Source of the DNA: Microcoleaceae cyanobacterium
GTDB lineage: Bacteria > Cyanobacteriota > Cyanobacteriia > Cyanobacteriales > Microcoleaceae
Reading direction: 5' to 3'
DNA: 64,000 nucleotides
NCBI GenBank assembly: GCA_051652765.1
Contig: JBOFUV010000097.1
Span: 32,001 to 96,000, forward strand
The notes below the pieces were generated by a model. It did not search any database. It had not been told where the DNA came from and saw only the letters and a list, made by a program, of their open reading frames with translations. Shown one piece after another: positions 19,429-29,672 of this stretch. The first letter of the stretch is position 1. Each line of letters begins with the position of its first letter. The position numbers and the translations under genes are program-made.

Positions 19429-19690
19429 TGAGTTTCTCCTGCATTCTCCTGTATTGACTCTCAAACCCATACCGCAAGAACTGGCATCTGACAGAAACTT
19501 ATATGCTTCTTACTCCGCTAGTCAATATCCAGTTCATCGCTCAGTAATACTATACTTCTATGATCACGGGATAGGGATCAACTGAAAAGGGGAAAAGCCC
19601 CCGATTTCTTTTGGGGGATTCTACCCATGCTTTACAAAGTGAAACATTTGTCGATTCGGCCATCTCAAGGGCAGGGAATAAAGATGAGGA

Positions 19691-20836
19691 ATGGATGAAT
19701 TAGATTGGACACTGAGTGTATATAACTATCTATTACCGGAAGAACGAATTGCCCAAAATCCAGTTGCTCCCAGGGATCAATCGCGATTGTTGGTGGTAGA
19801 TTCTCCGACTTCCCACACCCATGTGATCTTTCGTGATCTGCCGGATTTGCTTCAGCCCAAAGACTTACTCGTGCTCAATAATACTCGTGTGATTCCTGCT
19901 CGACTCTACGGTCATAAAACGAGTGGTGCTGAGGTGGAGATTTTATTGGTAGAGGAACAAACCTTTAACCAATGGTTAGCACTAGTTAAACCCGGTAAAC
20001 GGTTTAAAGTTGGCAGTCAAATTGAGTTTAAATCCACCAATTCTGCGGAGAACTTCCAGGGTTCTACTAATATTGAACGAACTTCTTTGGAGCGTCTAAC
20101 TGCAACCGTGATTGCCGTTGATCAGGCTACAGGAGGCCGGATTTTGCAATTTAATCTACCCTTTCAGCAGTCTTTGATTGAAGTCCTGGATCAATTTGGC
20201 CACGTGCCATTTCCGCCCTATGTCACCCAATCCCAGGCCCATCCCGAACAATATCAAACCATCTACGCTGAAGCCTTAGGCGCGATCGCTGCACCAACGG
20301 CAGGGTTACATTTTACCGAGGAACTCTTTGCCCGATTACAGCAAAAAGGGATTGAAACAGCCTTCGTGACCTTGCATGTTGGGGTTGGAACGTTTCGTCC
20401 AGTAGAAGTTGACAATATTAAAACCCACTCCATGCAAGGTGAATGGGTTGAAGTTCCAGAGGAAACCGTTGAAAAAATTCAAGCGACTCAACGGCAGGGA
20501 GGGCGAGTTATTGCTGTTGGAACAACGGTTGTTCGAGCTTTGGAAGGTGCAGCTTCTGCCCAAACTCCATTGGCTCCCTTTTGTGGAAAAACTCATCTTT
20601 TCATCTATCCCGGCTATCGATGGCAAGTAGTTCAAGGATTAATTACGAATTTTCACTTGCCCCGCTCAAGTCTATTGATGTTAGTTGCAGCGATGATTGG
20701 GCGGAAACGATTGCTCGATTTGTATCAAGATGCGCTCGCTCAACCCGCCGATCAATTCCAACGTCCCTACCGCTTTTATTCCTTTGGAGATGCGATGTTA
20801 ATTCTACCGGAGGCGGTTTCTCTGTTTGAGACTTAA
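19691..20836 (+). CDS. queA: S-adenosylmethionine:tRNA ribosyltransferase-isomerase
   Basis: [63 protein letters not shown]. Confidence 0.97.
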   Translation: MDELDWTLSVYNYLLPEERIAQNPVAPRDQSRLLVVDSPTSHTHVIFRDLPDLLQPKDLLVLNNTRVIPARLYGHKTSGAEVEILLVEEQTFNQWLALVKPGKRFKVGSQIEFKSTNSAENFQGSTNIERTSLERLTATVIAVDQATGGRILQFNLPFQQSLIEVLDQFGHVPFPPYVTQSQAHPEQYQTIYAEALGAIAAPTAGLHFTEELFARLQQKGIETAFVTLHVGVGTFRPVEVDNIKTHSMQGEWVEVPEETVEKIQATQRQGGRVIAVGTTVVRALEGAASAQTPLAPFCGKTHLFIYPGYRWQVVQGLITNFHLPRSSLLMLVAAMIGRKRLLDLYQDALAQPADQFQRPYRFYSFGDAMLILPEAVSLFET

Positions 20837-20844
20837 GTTAACAT

Positions 20845-21235
20845 TTAAGCCATCGTTTTGTTAGCAGTCTGTTGCACTTTTTTACTCTGATTAACCGGAT
20901 TCATCCTTTTCTCTACCCACTTTAAAAACAGGGACGCGGCAGTTGTTAAAATCAGGTAGACAAGAGCTACAGCCAAATATACTTCAAAGGCTTTATAGGT
21001 CGTTGCCACCACTAATTGTCCCTTGCGAAAGAGTTCTTCAAAGCCAATCACTGCTGTCAAGCTAGTATCTTTGATCAGGGTAATAAACTCATTTCCTAAC
21101 GGAGGCTGTATCAGCCCCAGTCGTGCCAATTTGAACTGCAATTCCCTTCCCTGCTAAATCATCAAATGTCTTAATCGTCTTATTTTGATCTTGCACCGCG
21201 ATCGCTAAACCTGCCTTGAAATAGGGGCGGGAAAA
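20845..21235 (-). pseudogene. remnant of a fused amino-acid ABC binding protein/permease (BgtB/GlnP-like), internally deleted
   Basis: Binding-domain fragment FSRPYFKAGLAIAV..IAVQIGTTGA joined out of frame near 21106 to permease C-terminus PPLGNEFITLIKDTSL..FEELFRKGQL; no N-terminus present. Confidence 0.85.
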
Positions 21236-21370
21236 GTGGAGTGGGGATATTCTCTCGTTAGTCAGTAACCCTGCCCTTAATTCTAGAAGGAGCATCCTCC
21301 AACAGTTACTTTTGAACTAGGAGACTATTGACTAAAAAAACAACATTGTCAACTTCAGAGAGGTAAAGGT

Positions 21371-21388
21371 ATATTAAGGAAATGTAAC
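21371..21388 (-). promoter_or_regulatory. possible HLR1 (RpaB) element
   Basis: Minus strand GTTACATT-TC-CTTAATAT, an imperfect 8-2-8 direct repeat upstream of a bilin lyase gene. Confidence 0.3.
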
Positions 21389-21455
21389 GAATTATGACTA
21401 AGCCTTGACAAGCGCGTTGAGGTGTTTAATATGGCTATTCGCAAGGATTCTTTTA

Positions 21456-22001
21456 ATGACACAGCCCTTTCAGCTCACCCACATCAGTGCAACTACTGAT
21501 GATCTGATTGCTAATTTTCTCTATCAATCTGAGGGAGAGTGGCACTCGGATCGGCGATACTATACGCTACCCGATGGCAAAACGCAAGAACTAGTCAGCC
21601 GTCTTACCGTTCAATTTTTAGATAAAGGCTGCCCTGAGTTGCTCCAATTGGCAGAACTGCATGGTTTAGAAGATTCAACAACATTGCTTTGTGGTTCTAG
21701 GATCATTTGGAAGAGTGCGAATTCTATCTCAGGCCAGCGGCAATCTGAAGGTACGACTGTTTTTGGGGTATGGGGAACCAGTCTATATCGCGATCGCGGT
21801 TTTGCCACCCCTCATCCGGTGATCGCTCAATACTCCATGCCAGATGCCAACACCCTTTGCCTCAGAACCGAGTACAATAACTCTGTATTCGAAGAAGAAA
21901 TTAAACACATTGGTCAAAAGTATCGCACTCGCCAATCCATTATTTCCAGGGCTGGAGAGCAGCAGATGATTGGCCAATACTTAGAGAAGCGGATTCGGTA
22001 A
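21456..22001 (+). CDS. CpcS/CpeS-family phycobiliprotein lyase
   Basis: F..SEGEW.S.RRYY, LYRDRGF, LRTEY..FEEEI..RTRQ..GQYLEKR; likely ATG 21456. Confidence 0.85.
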   Translation: MTQPFQLTHISATTDDLIANFLYQSEGEWHSDRRYYTLPDGKTQELVSRLTVQFLDKGCPELLQLAELHGLEDSTTLLCGSRIIWKSANSISGQRQSEGTTVFGVWGTSLYRDRGFATPHPVIAQYSMPDANTLCLRTEYNNSVFEEEIKHIGQKYRTRQSIISRAGEQQMIGQYLEKRIR

Positions 22002-22004
22002 GCG

Positions 22005-23228
22005 GTGAAGCGACGGGACATTTTATTTGGGGCAACAGCCTTAGCCTTGGGCAGTGCGGTGACAGGATGTAATCGTACTGTAGCCTTGCGAATCGAGATT
22101 CTCAAAAATTCTGTTCCAGTGCAGATGTTGAGCCAGTTCCGTCGCAGTTTGCCCAACCATCCTCCTTTGGACATTGTGCCAAAGCCTCAGCTTCAGGATT
22201 TGTATGATGTGCTGAGAAAACTCCAACCCAGATCTCAAAATAGCACTCCAGCTCCTGAACCTTCACCATCATCCTCTCAATCAGTCTCAGATTGGTTGAG
22301 TAACCTGCGGTTGTGGGGTTCCTCTAACAGAAGTCCTAGTGTTAATGTTCCTCCTGCCGATTTAGTTTTGATTGGAGATTACTGGCTGGCCGCAGCGATT
22401 CGGCAAGGGCTTGTTCAGTCCCTCAATCCGGCTCTGTTGAGCCAGTGGAATCAGCTTCCCGATCCGTGGCAAGCCTTGGTTCGGCGGAATGCTCAAGGGG
22501 AACCCGATCCGCAGGGTACTGTTTGGGGAGCGCCCTACCGCTGGGGAACCACGGTCATTGCTTACCGAGCGGATAAGTTTGAGCGGTTGGGCTGGGAACC
22601 TCAGGACTGGAGTGATTTATGGCGGGAGGAATTGCATGATCGCATTTCTTTACTTGATCAGCCCCGTGAAGTGATTGGTTTGACCTTGAAAAAATTAGGA
22701 CACTCCTACAACACCTCAGATCTAAGCGCCGTGCCAGAGTTGGAGGCAGAGCTACGGCAGTTGCATCGCAATGTCAAGCTATATGACTCGACCACCTATC
22801 TCAAGCCTCTGATCCTGGGGGATACCTGGTTGGCCGTGGGCTGGTCAACGGATCTTTCCCTTGAGGTTCAGCTCCAGAATGATTTCAAAGTGGTGATTCC
22901 CCGCTCGGGTACCAGCCTTTGGGCTGATCTGTGGGTGGCACCCAAGTCTGCTCCGCTGTTCTCGGCAGCCAAGTTATCCGCTCAGTGGATCGATTTCTGT
23001 TGGCAGCCTCAAGTTGCCGCACAGTTGGGCGGATTAACTGGAGCAACTTCCCCCATTGCTCTCCAGATGAACCCTGAGGATTTGCCATCTGCCTTGCGAG
23101 ATGACCCAGTGCTCTTGCCAGACCCAGCAATTTTAGAAAAAAGTGAATTTCTTTACCCGCTGTCTGAGGCAGCCCTAGAACAATATCAGACACTATGGGT
23201 TAAGATCCGCAATGAAACTAGAGTTTGA
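22005..23228 (+). CDS. PotD-like ABC substrate-binding lipoprotein (Tat-type signal)
   Basis: MKRRDILF..VTGC lipobox, GAPYRWGTTVIAY, DWSDLW, SGTSLWADLW. Confidence 0.85.
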   Translation: MKRRDILFGATALALGSAVTGCNRTVALRIEILKNSVPVQMLSQFRRSLPNHPPLDIVPKPQLQDLYDVLRKLQPRSQNSTPAPEPSPSSSQSVSDWLSNLRLWGSSNRSPSVNVPPADLVLIGDYWLAAAIRQGLVQSLNPALLSQWNQLPDPWQALVRRNAQGEPDPQGTVWGAPYRWGTTVIAYRADKFERLGWEPQDWSDLWREELHDRISLLDQPREVIGLTLKKLGHSYNTSDLSAVPELEAELRQLHRNVKLYDSTTYLKPLILGDTWLAVGWSTDLSLEVQLQNDFKVVIPRSGTSLWADLWVAPKSAPLFSAAKLSAQWIDFCWQPQVAAQLGGLTGATSPIALQMNPEDLPSALRDDPVLLPDPAILEKSEFLYPLSEAALEQYQTLWVKIRNETRV

Positions 23229-23248
23229 AGTAAAAGCAACCTGAGCCA

Positions 23249-23983
23249 GTGATCCAAAGACCCCTTGGCTATCCCAGTCGCCAGCGACAGCTTGAAAAAT
23301 TGATAGAGCGTTTGGGATTGTCAGACCCTGCCCCCGTGAATTGGCAATTGCTCAATCTTGCCCTGACCCATCCCACTGCCTCTCCAACGGATAATTATGA
23401 GCAGCTTGAATTTGTTGGGGATTCAGTTGTGCGGCTAGCAGCTTCTGAGTTGTTGCTCGAGATCTATCCAAATCAACCTGTGGGAGAGTTTGCTGCCATT
23501 CGTTCGATCTTGGTCAGCGATCGCGCTTTGGCTGAAATTGGGGATTACTATGGTTTGGGGCGATATTTGATTCTTTCAGATAACGCGGCTCGAGATCGGG
23601 CTGGGGAACAGTCCCGTCTAGCCAATTGCTTTGAGGCTGTATTGGGTGCGCTCTACCTTAGCACCCATACCCTAGAGCTGGTTCGGCCTTGGCTTGATCC
23701 CCATTTGCAGGAGCAGGCCCACCAAATTCGGCGAGATCCAGCTCGACAAAACTATAAGGCTGCCCTGCAAGAGTGGACTCAGAGAAGCTATAAGATTTTG
23801 CCGGAATATCACATTCAAGAAACCGGAACCATTGGCGATGCTGAACGGTTTACAGCAGAGGTTTGGTTTCAGGGTCACAAATTAGGCCAAGGGAAAGGTC
23901 GCTCCATCAAAGCTGCCGAACAAGCCGCCGCTCAAGTTGCCTATTTGTCCTTACATCCACTGGCAGAGGGAGAAAACCCATGA
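23249..23983 (+). CDS. rnc: ribonuclease III
   Basis: ALTHP..NYEQLEFVGDSV signature, FEAVLGALYL, dsRBD NYKAALQEWTQ..G.G.SIKAAEQAAA. Confidence 0.92.
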   Translation: MIQRPLGYPSRQRQLEKLIERLGLSDPAPVNWQLLNLALTHPTASPTDNYEQLEFVGDSVVRLAASELLLEIYPNQPVGEFAAIRSILVSDRALAEIGDYYGLGRYLILSDNAARDRAGEQSRLANCFEAVLGALYLSTHTLELVRPWLDPHLQEQAHQIRRDPARQNYKAALQEWTQRSYKILPEYHIQETGTIGDAERFTAEVWFQGHKLGQGKGRSIKAAEQAAAQVAYLSLHPLAEGENP

Positions 23984-25047
23984 CCCATCCGACTCAACTA
24001 GCAATCTTCGGTGCAGGTCGCTGGGGAAATCATTTGATCCGTAATTTTGCCAGCCATCCCCAAGCAGCGGTGATTGGAATTGCTGATCCCAATCTGGAAC
24101 AGCTCAAAACGGCTCAGGCAAAGTTTCAACTCCCAAATACCGTCAAATTGGCAACAGATTGGTCAACGATTATGGGCTTGCCTGGATTGGAAGCTGTGGT
24201 GATTGCGACTCCAGCTTCAACCCATTACGCACTCGTTTCGAAAGCCCTGCAACGGGGGTATCATGTTTTTGTGGAGAAGCCGCTCACCCTGAATTGGTCA
24301 GAATCCTTAGAACTCTGCCGACTGGCCGAACAGTGCGATCGCCAGCTTTTTGTGGATCATACTTATCTATTCCATCCTGCTGTTACCCAGGGGAAGACTA
24401 CCGTTCAAGCGGGAACCCTGGGAGATTTGCGGTATGGCTATGCAGCTCGAACCCATCTGGAGCCTGTTCGACAAGATGTAGATGCCCTGTGGGACTTGGC
24501 GATTCATGATATTTGTATTTTCAATCATTGGTTGGGTCAGATGCCAGTGCGAGTTCAAGCTACTGGGACGGTCTGGCTACAGCCCCAACATCAGCTAGAA
24601 GTCGGTCACCCCACAGATTTAGCCTCAAATTTAGTCATCCAGGGATTGGCTGATTTTGTCCTGGCAACGTTGACCTATGCCAACGGGTTTCAAGCAATGG
24701 TGCATTTGTGCTGGCTAAACCCCGACAAACAAAGACGGTTGGCGATTGTGGGTAGTCAGGGAACCCTGATTTTTGACGAATTGCTGCAAGAATCACCGCT
24801 CACGTTGCAACGGGGCTGTCTACAAGTGGCCGGGAAGGGTTGGCGGGGATCGGGTCAACAACAGGACGTGATCATGTTTCCTTCAGCAGAACCGTTGGCC
24901 CAAGTTTGCGATCACTTCCTGCAATGTGTTCGAGAGCATCAATCCTCTGAGATTTCCTCCGGCCATGTCGGAGCAGAATTAGTTCAAGTGCTCTGCGGTT
25001 TGAGTCAATCCCTCTCTCAGGGGGGCCAACCGATTGACCTCAGGTGA
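23980..25047 (+). CDS. Gfo/Idh/MocA family oxidoreductase
   Basis: GAGRWG, IATPASTH, VEKP, WDLAIHD; ATGA overlap with rnc stop. Confidence 0.9.
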   Translation: MTHPTQLAIFGAGRWGNHLIRNFASHPQAAVIGIADPNLEQLKTAQAKFQLPNTVKLATDWSTIMGLPGLEAVVIATPASTHYALVSKALQRGYHVFVEKPLTLNWSESLELCRLAEQCDRQLFVDHTYLFHPAVTQGKTTVQAGTLGDLRYGYAARTHLEPVRQDVDALWDLAIHDICIFNHWLGQMPVRVQATGTVWLQPQHQLEVGHPTDLASNLVIQGLADFVLATLTYANGFQAMVHLCWLNPDKQRRLAIVGSQGTLIFDELLQESPLTLQRGCLQVAGKGWRGSGQQQDVIMFPSAEPLAQVCDHFLQCVREHQSSEISSGHVGAELVQVLCGLSQSLSQGGQPIDLR

Positions 25048-25107
25048 TGAAGTGGTTGTGCCTCCTAATCCCCCTGAATAGATGAATTCTGCTCTGCTAT
25101 GGCTTGC

Positions 25108-25542
25108 TTAACGCTGCCGACGTTCCTGACGCTGTTGGCGCATTTGTTGAAGCTGTTGCTGCTGTTCTGCGGTCAAAACTGCTTGCATCTGCTGTCGGGC
25201 CTCCTGCTGAATTGCCCGCACTTGGTCTTTCTGGGTGTCGGAGAGGTTTAGGGTTTCTATTGCCCCCCGTCGATTTTTTTCCTGTTGGCGGATCGTTTGC
25301 CATTGGGCTTTTTGTTCAGGGGTTAAAATAGCCTCTAGGCGATCGCGGCTAGATTGCCAAATGGTTTGCATTTGATTGCGTTGAGTTTCGGTGAGATTTA
25401 ACCGTTCAGCTTCTCGTTCAGATCGTTGTCTTAAGGGTTGCTGAGGGGTTAATTCAGTTTGGGCGATCGCCGGAGTAATCACAGTTGCAAACACTGTTAA
25501 ACCTAGAATTCCAGGGATCGCCAAAGCAAATTTGTTAGTCAT
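25108..25542 (-). CDS. Spy/CpxP-like periplasmic protein (LTXXQ motifs)
   Basis: Signal peptide; LNLTETQ, ILTPEQ, LNLSDTQ, VLTAEQ. Confidence 0.85.
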   Translation of the reverse strand: MTNKFALAIPGILGLTVFATVITPAIAQTELTPQQPLRQRSEREAERLNLTETQRNQMQTIWQSSRDRLEAILTPEQKAQWQTIRQQEKNRRGAIETLNLSDTQKDQVRAIQQEARQQMQAVLTAEQQQQLQQMRQQRQERRQR

Positions 25543-25640
25543 TTTTTGGGTTTAAACTAGCTGTTACCTGAGGGATAACTCTTGCGATTTAACCTCTCAG
25601 TGATGTACAGATTTTTAGACCTAGGTGTTAGAAACGGGGT

Positions 25641-26342
25641 TCAACTCGACTGCATTAATTCGTCATATTTTTTCCGAACTTCCTGAATATCCTGCCACAT
25701 CAACCATTTGGGTTGCCCTTTTTCGCGGGAGGCATTTCGGAGCAGATAAGCTGGGTGAAAAATCGGCATACAGGGAAGACCTTCCCACTCCATCCACTGA
25801 CCTCTAATTTTGGTGATGCCCCGCTTATCTCCAGTTAAAGATTTTACCGCAGTGGCTCCTGTGAGCAGAATCATCTTAGGATTAACGAGGCGAATTTGTT
25901 CGAGGAGATAGGGTTTACAAGCGTCTATCTCTTGGGTCGTGGGGGTGCGGTTTTCTGGGGGGCGGCAGCGAATTGCGTTGGAAATGTAGACCTCTTGCTC
26001 TGTACTCAAACCAACAGCAGCCAGAATTTTGTCCAAGAGCTGCCCCGACTTCCCAACAAAGGGCAGACCCTGCTCGTCCTCATTCTGACCCGGTGCTTCC
26101 CCAATCAGTAAAATTGGGGCTTGGGGATTTCCTCGACCCATGACGGCGTTTGTGCGATTGTTGCCTAACTCACAGCGATGACACTGATTACAGTGCTGGG
26201 CAATGTCCGCTAGAGTTTGATAGGTGCCTAAAGGGATGGGAACCCGAGCATCTTGAGGGATTTTTGAGGGGTCGAAGGCTGATGATGGGGCAGGCTGAGA
26301 GTCTGAGAGATTAAATAAATCAAGTTGTTGCTCGTTGGACAT
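25641..26342 (-). CDS. family-4 uracil-DNA glycosylase
   Basis: C..C.L, IGEAPG..ED..G.PFVG.SG, CRPP.NR.P, FHPAYLLR. Confidence 0.93.
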   Translation of the reverse strand: MSNEQQLDLFNLSDSQPAPSSAFDPSKIPQDARVPIPLGTYQTLADIAQHCNQCHRCELGNNRTNAVMGRGNPQAPILLIGEAPGQNEDEQGLPFVGKSGQLLDKILAAVGLSTEQEVYISNAIRCRPPENRTPTTQEIDACKPYLLEQIRLVNPKMILLTGATAVKSLTGDKRGITKIRGQWMEWEGLPCMPIFHPAYLLRNASREKGQPKWLMWQDIQEVRKKYDELMQSS

Positions 26343-26484
26343 AACCCTGGATGCTCTGAGAAATTCTGATCATAATCCTTAGACCTTAGAAGCTTAACTT
26401 TAAATTTGTTAAGTTTAGGTCAAGAGAGTTGCAAATCTCTAGTGTAACCTTCACGATCAAGATGATGCCACGATTTCACTGCCT

Positions 26485-27189
26485 ATGCTGCCGTCTCCTC
26501 CTTTTCGCGATCGCTCTCATGCAGGTTGTGAACTTGCCGAGGCTATTGTGGCAGAACTCAGCCTTAGCCCTCTCCATCATAGGGTTTCCCCGATTGTTTA
26601 TGCGTTGCCCAAAGGTGGACTGCCTGTGGCGGAGCCGATTGCTAGCCGCCTGAATTGTCCCCTGGAAGTGATTATTGCTAAAAAAATTACCCATCCTGAC
26701 AATCCAGAGTTGGCCCTGGGAGCCGTCACTGCCGATGGCCATGTGTTGTGGTCAAAGCGCAAACCAGAGCGTTTGGCAGAACAGCAACTGTTGTTGGATC
26801 AGGCTCAAGCCAAAGCCTGTAGACAGTGGGAGACCTTTTCAACCTATTGCCTCAATTCGAGTCCTCAAGGTGCTCTTGCCTTGATCGTGGATGATGGTGT
26901 GGCAACGGGAATGACCATGGCTGTTGCCGTTGAGTCTTTGCGGGAAAAGCAGCCCGCAGAAATCTGGATTTGCGTTCCTGTTGCTCCCTTGGAACTCGTT
27001 CAACCCTTGCAAAGCTGGTGCGATCGCCTCATTACTTTGAAAACTCCACGCATTTTTCTGAGTGTTGGTCGGTTTTATCAAGAGTTTACTCAGGTGGAGA
27101 TGGAGCAGGCGATTTTAATTCTGCAAAATCAACAGGAGTACTTCTGTGCCCCGGAGGAGGATCTCTCAAATGAGGCAGGGTTGCTATAG
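26485..27189 (+). CDS. phosphoribosyltransferase family protein
   Basis: FRDRSHAG, ALPKGGLPVA, PELALGA, IVDDGVATG, VGRFYQEF.Q. Confidence 0.88.
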   Translation: MLPSPPFRDRSHAGCELAEAIVAELSLSPLHHRVSPIVYALPKGGLPVAEPIASRLNCPLEVIIAKKITHPDNPELALGAVTADGHVLWSKRKPERLAEQQLLLDQAQAKACRQWETFSTYCLNSSPQGALALIVDDGVATGMTMAVAVESLREKQPAEIWICVPVAPLELVQPLQSWCDRLITLKTPRIFLSVGRFYQEFTQVEMEQAILILQNQQEYFCAPEEDLSNEAGLL

Positions 27190-27222
27190 TGTGTACAGAA
27201 ATTTCAATCTTTCTTTCTGCCG

Positions 27223-27537
27223 ATGAGATTGTGGCGCGTTTGGTGGCAAACTCTCGTTTATTCAGCCCAGTACAATCCTCCTCAGTTTATTGAGTTCGTT
27301 ATGTTGATACTGGCCCTTGTTTTGCTCTCCTTGTGGGGAGTGACGGGGCATTGGGTTTGTCTGGTTTTATGTCTTAGCTATGCAGCGGGTTCCTCGATGG
27401 CCATGTTAGTTCGAGAAGCTGTCCTCCCTTCTGCCCGGTTTCAACCTGCTCAGGCTATTGCAGTGCTTTTGCTAATCGTGAGTCTCTACACCTTGGCGGA
27501 GCTAGTCTTGCAACCGTTCCCTTTCATCTCTAGATAG
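27223..27537 (+). CDS. small hypothetical membrane protein
   Basis: 104-aa ORF with three hydrophobic segments filling the gap. Confidence 0.6.
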   Translation: MRLWRVWWQTLVYSAQYNPPQFIEFVMLILALVLLSLWGVTGHWVCLVLCLSYAAGSSMAMLVREAVLPSARFQPAQAIAVLLLIVSLYTLAELVLQPFPFISR

Positions 27538-27638
27538 GAAGAGCCAGTCCACTGACATCGGCAAGAGGACTAGAAAAAACTCTTTCAGGTTATCCTGCGA
27601 AAAGACAGTTTTCACATCGTATAACTTGTTACCCACTC

Positions 27639-28319
27639 ATGGACAGTGATAAGACTCTTTTTCAACTTCAACAGATTGTGGCTGAAGCCAAAGCGTACCC
27701 ACCGAATAGCGTGGAGCGTCGTCAAAAGCTAAATCAGATTATTCGGCTAGTCATGGGTTCTAAGAAGCTTTGGAGAGAATCCTCGGATTACTACAACGAT
27801 GCCTTGCAGGAGATGTGGGAGTATTGCTGTCAGCATATTGAAGACTATGATCCTGACCGGAGTAACGTCATTACCTGGCTAGATTGGCATCTGAAAAAGC
27901 GGTTGAGGGCTTTACGCGATCGCCGCTATCGGGATTATAGTCGGCAAGCCTCTCCTTTGATTTTTGATGAGAGCTTTCTAGACCCCTTGGAACAGGTTCC
28001 AGCCGCCTCTGAGGTTCAGCCTATTTTAGAAATTTGGGAAAAAACCATAGAGTGGGTTCAAGCAGATCCTCAAAGCAACCTTTATCGTACTTGTTTTAGA
28101 AACTGTTCAGACATTAATTGTCAAGCGCTTTTTCTCAAACGATTTCCCCATGAAACCCCTTGGAATGTTATTGCCGCTGAGTTTAGCCTGGATTCAGCAG
28201 CGACTAAAGATTTGCCTAAGTTTTACAACCGTAAGTGCTTGCCTTTGCTCCGAGATTTTGGCCTATCCCAAGGGTACTTAGATTCTTCCCAACCTAAAAA
28301 TCCAAGGAAATCATCATAA
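27639..28319 (+). CDS. sigma-70-like (region 2-like) cyanobacterial regulator
   Basis: Y.DALQEMW.Y.C..I..YDP.R..VITW...L..RL motif; stop overlaps next ATG (TAATG). Confidence 0.65.
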   Translation: MDSDKTLFQLQQIVAEAKAYPPNSVERRQKLNQIIRLVMGSKKLWRESSDYYNDALQEMWEYCCQHIEDYDPDRSNVITWLDWHLKKRLRALRDRRYRDYSRQASPLIFDESFLDPLEQVPAASEVQPILEIWEKTIEWVQADPQSNLYRTCFRNCSDINCQALFLKRFPHETPWNVIAAEFSLDSAATKDLPKFYNRKCLPLLRDFGLSQGYLDSSQPKNPRKSS

Positions 28320-29569
28320 TGCTGTTTAGCTCAACTCCGTGCGATTTTGCGATTCCCCTAGCTATCCCGTCTCAAGCGCGGGAACTTGCGGCACAATTTG
28401 CAGCCCAATCTCCTGATGCAACAAAAGCAGAGCAGATTTATCAAAATACTTTGGCTGTTTGCTTAGTCAATAACTACTTCCGTATTTTGGGGATTCCTGT
28501 AGACGTTCAGGCTGGGGATAGCTGGAACCCAGCGGTCTATCTATTTCATGATGTTGCCGATCTGGTACTGCCTCAGCGGGGTCGGTTGGACTGTTGTCCC
28601 TTGTTGGTCTCAGCGACCACACCTCAACCGAACCGATGTCGAGTTTCCCCAGATCTTCAAGGGGATCGCTTGGGGTATGTGGTTGTTCAGATTGATCTGA
28701 AGGCTCAGGAAGCTGCGTTACTGGGGTTTGCACCTGTTGTTGCCGGAGAATGGTTGTCCTTGCAGGAATTGCGATCGCCGGATGAGTTAATTGCCCATGT
28801 GATGGGCACTGCTCCAAGCCCTGAGGTAAATTTGCGCCAATGGCTACAAAATAGTGTCAATGAAGGATGGGAGCGTTTAGAAAAAGTTATTTTAGAAAAG
28901 ATTATTTTAGAAAAGATTATTGCAGAAAATCTTCTAGACAATCTTTCTGAAAATCTTTCCGCAAATATTGTAGACCTGCCTCAACTCATCCCCGTCCGCA
29001 GTGTTGCTGTCGAAAACCCGGTTTCACTGACCCAAGACTCCGTGGCTTCTGTGATTCGATTGCTCCAGCCTGATCAATCGGAGGAGGCTCGTCTTCAAGC
29101 CACAGAAATTCTGGGTAAAATTGGCAAGGGCGATTTTGCAGCCGTTCAGGCTTTGAGTCAGGTGATGCAAACGGCTGAAACAGAAGATCTGCGTTGGCAA
29201 GCGGCCATTAGCTTGGGCACTCTAGACCCTTGCCATCCTCAAGCCGGACTGCAACGGACAATTCGTCTGCCCTTGGGTCAAGAACAGGTATTACTCGTCG
29301 TTACTGTCATTCCTAAGCCAGAGAACCGGCTGGGAGTCTGGCTTCAAGTTGAATCCCGTAATCCTCAGCAGCTCTTGCCTCCTGGTTTAACGCTGAGAGT
29401 GCTTGCTACCACTGGAGAAACCTACCTGCAGATTGAGGCGGAAGCAGACAGCCACGGTCGGGGAGTGAATTCAGTGATTGGACGGCGGTTTTCCCCTCCG
29501 GTAGGAACTCATTTTCAGGTGCAAGTTCAGCTTGGAAATCACCAGTTTCAAGCTGGTTTTTTTGCATAA
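28319..29569 (+). CDS. DUF1822 family protein with HEAT repeats
   Basis: A.QFA.Q..KAEQIYQNTLAV..DSWNP..DVADL..DRLGYVVVQI..A.LLGF; HEAT-like RLQATEILGKIG, RWQAAISLG; LPPGL.L.V. Confidence 0.8.
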   Translation: MLFSSTPCDFAIPLAIPSQARELAAQFAAQSPDATKAEQIYQNTLAVCLVNNYFRILGIPVDVQAGDSWNPAVYLFHDVADLVLPQRGRLDCCPLLVSATTPQPNRCRVSPDLQGDRLGYVVVQIDLKAQEAALLGFAPVVAGEWLSLQELRSPDELIAHVMGTAPSPEVNLRQWLQNSVNEGWERLEKVILEKIILEKIIAENLLDNLSENLSANIVDLPQLIPVRSVAVENPVSLTQDSVASVIRLLQPDQSEEARLQATEILGKIGKGDFAAVQALSQVMQTAETEDLRWQAAISLGTLDPCHPQAGLQRTIRLPLGQEQVLLVVTVIPKPENRLGVWLQVESRNPQQLLPPGLTLRVLATTGETYLQIEAEADSHGRGVNSVIGRRFSPPVGTHFQVQVQLGNHQFQAGFFA

Positions 29570-29672
29570 CGAGTAGACTGAACCTATCAATATGGCCGTA
29601 AAGGAAGAAGAGCTAGGGCACTATACCCTAGCTGCTTCGGCTCAAGTTTCCTAGGATTTCCCTGGGATTTCC

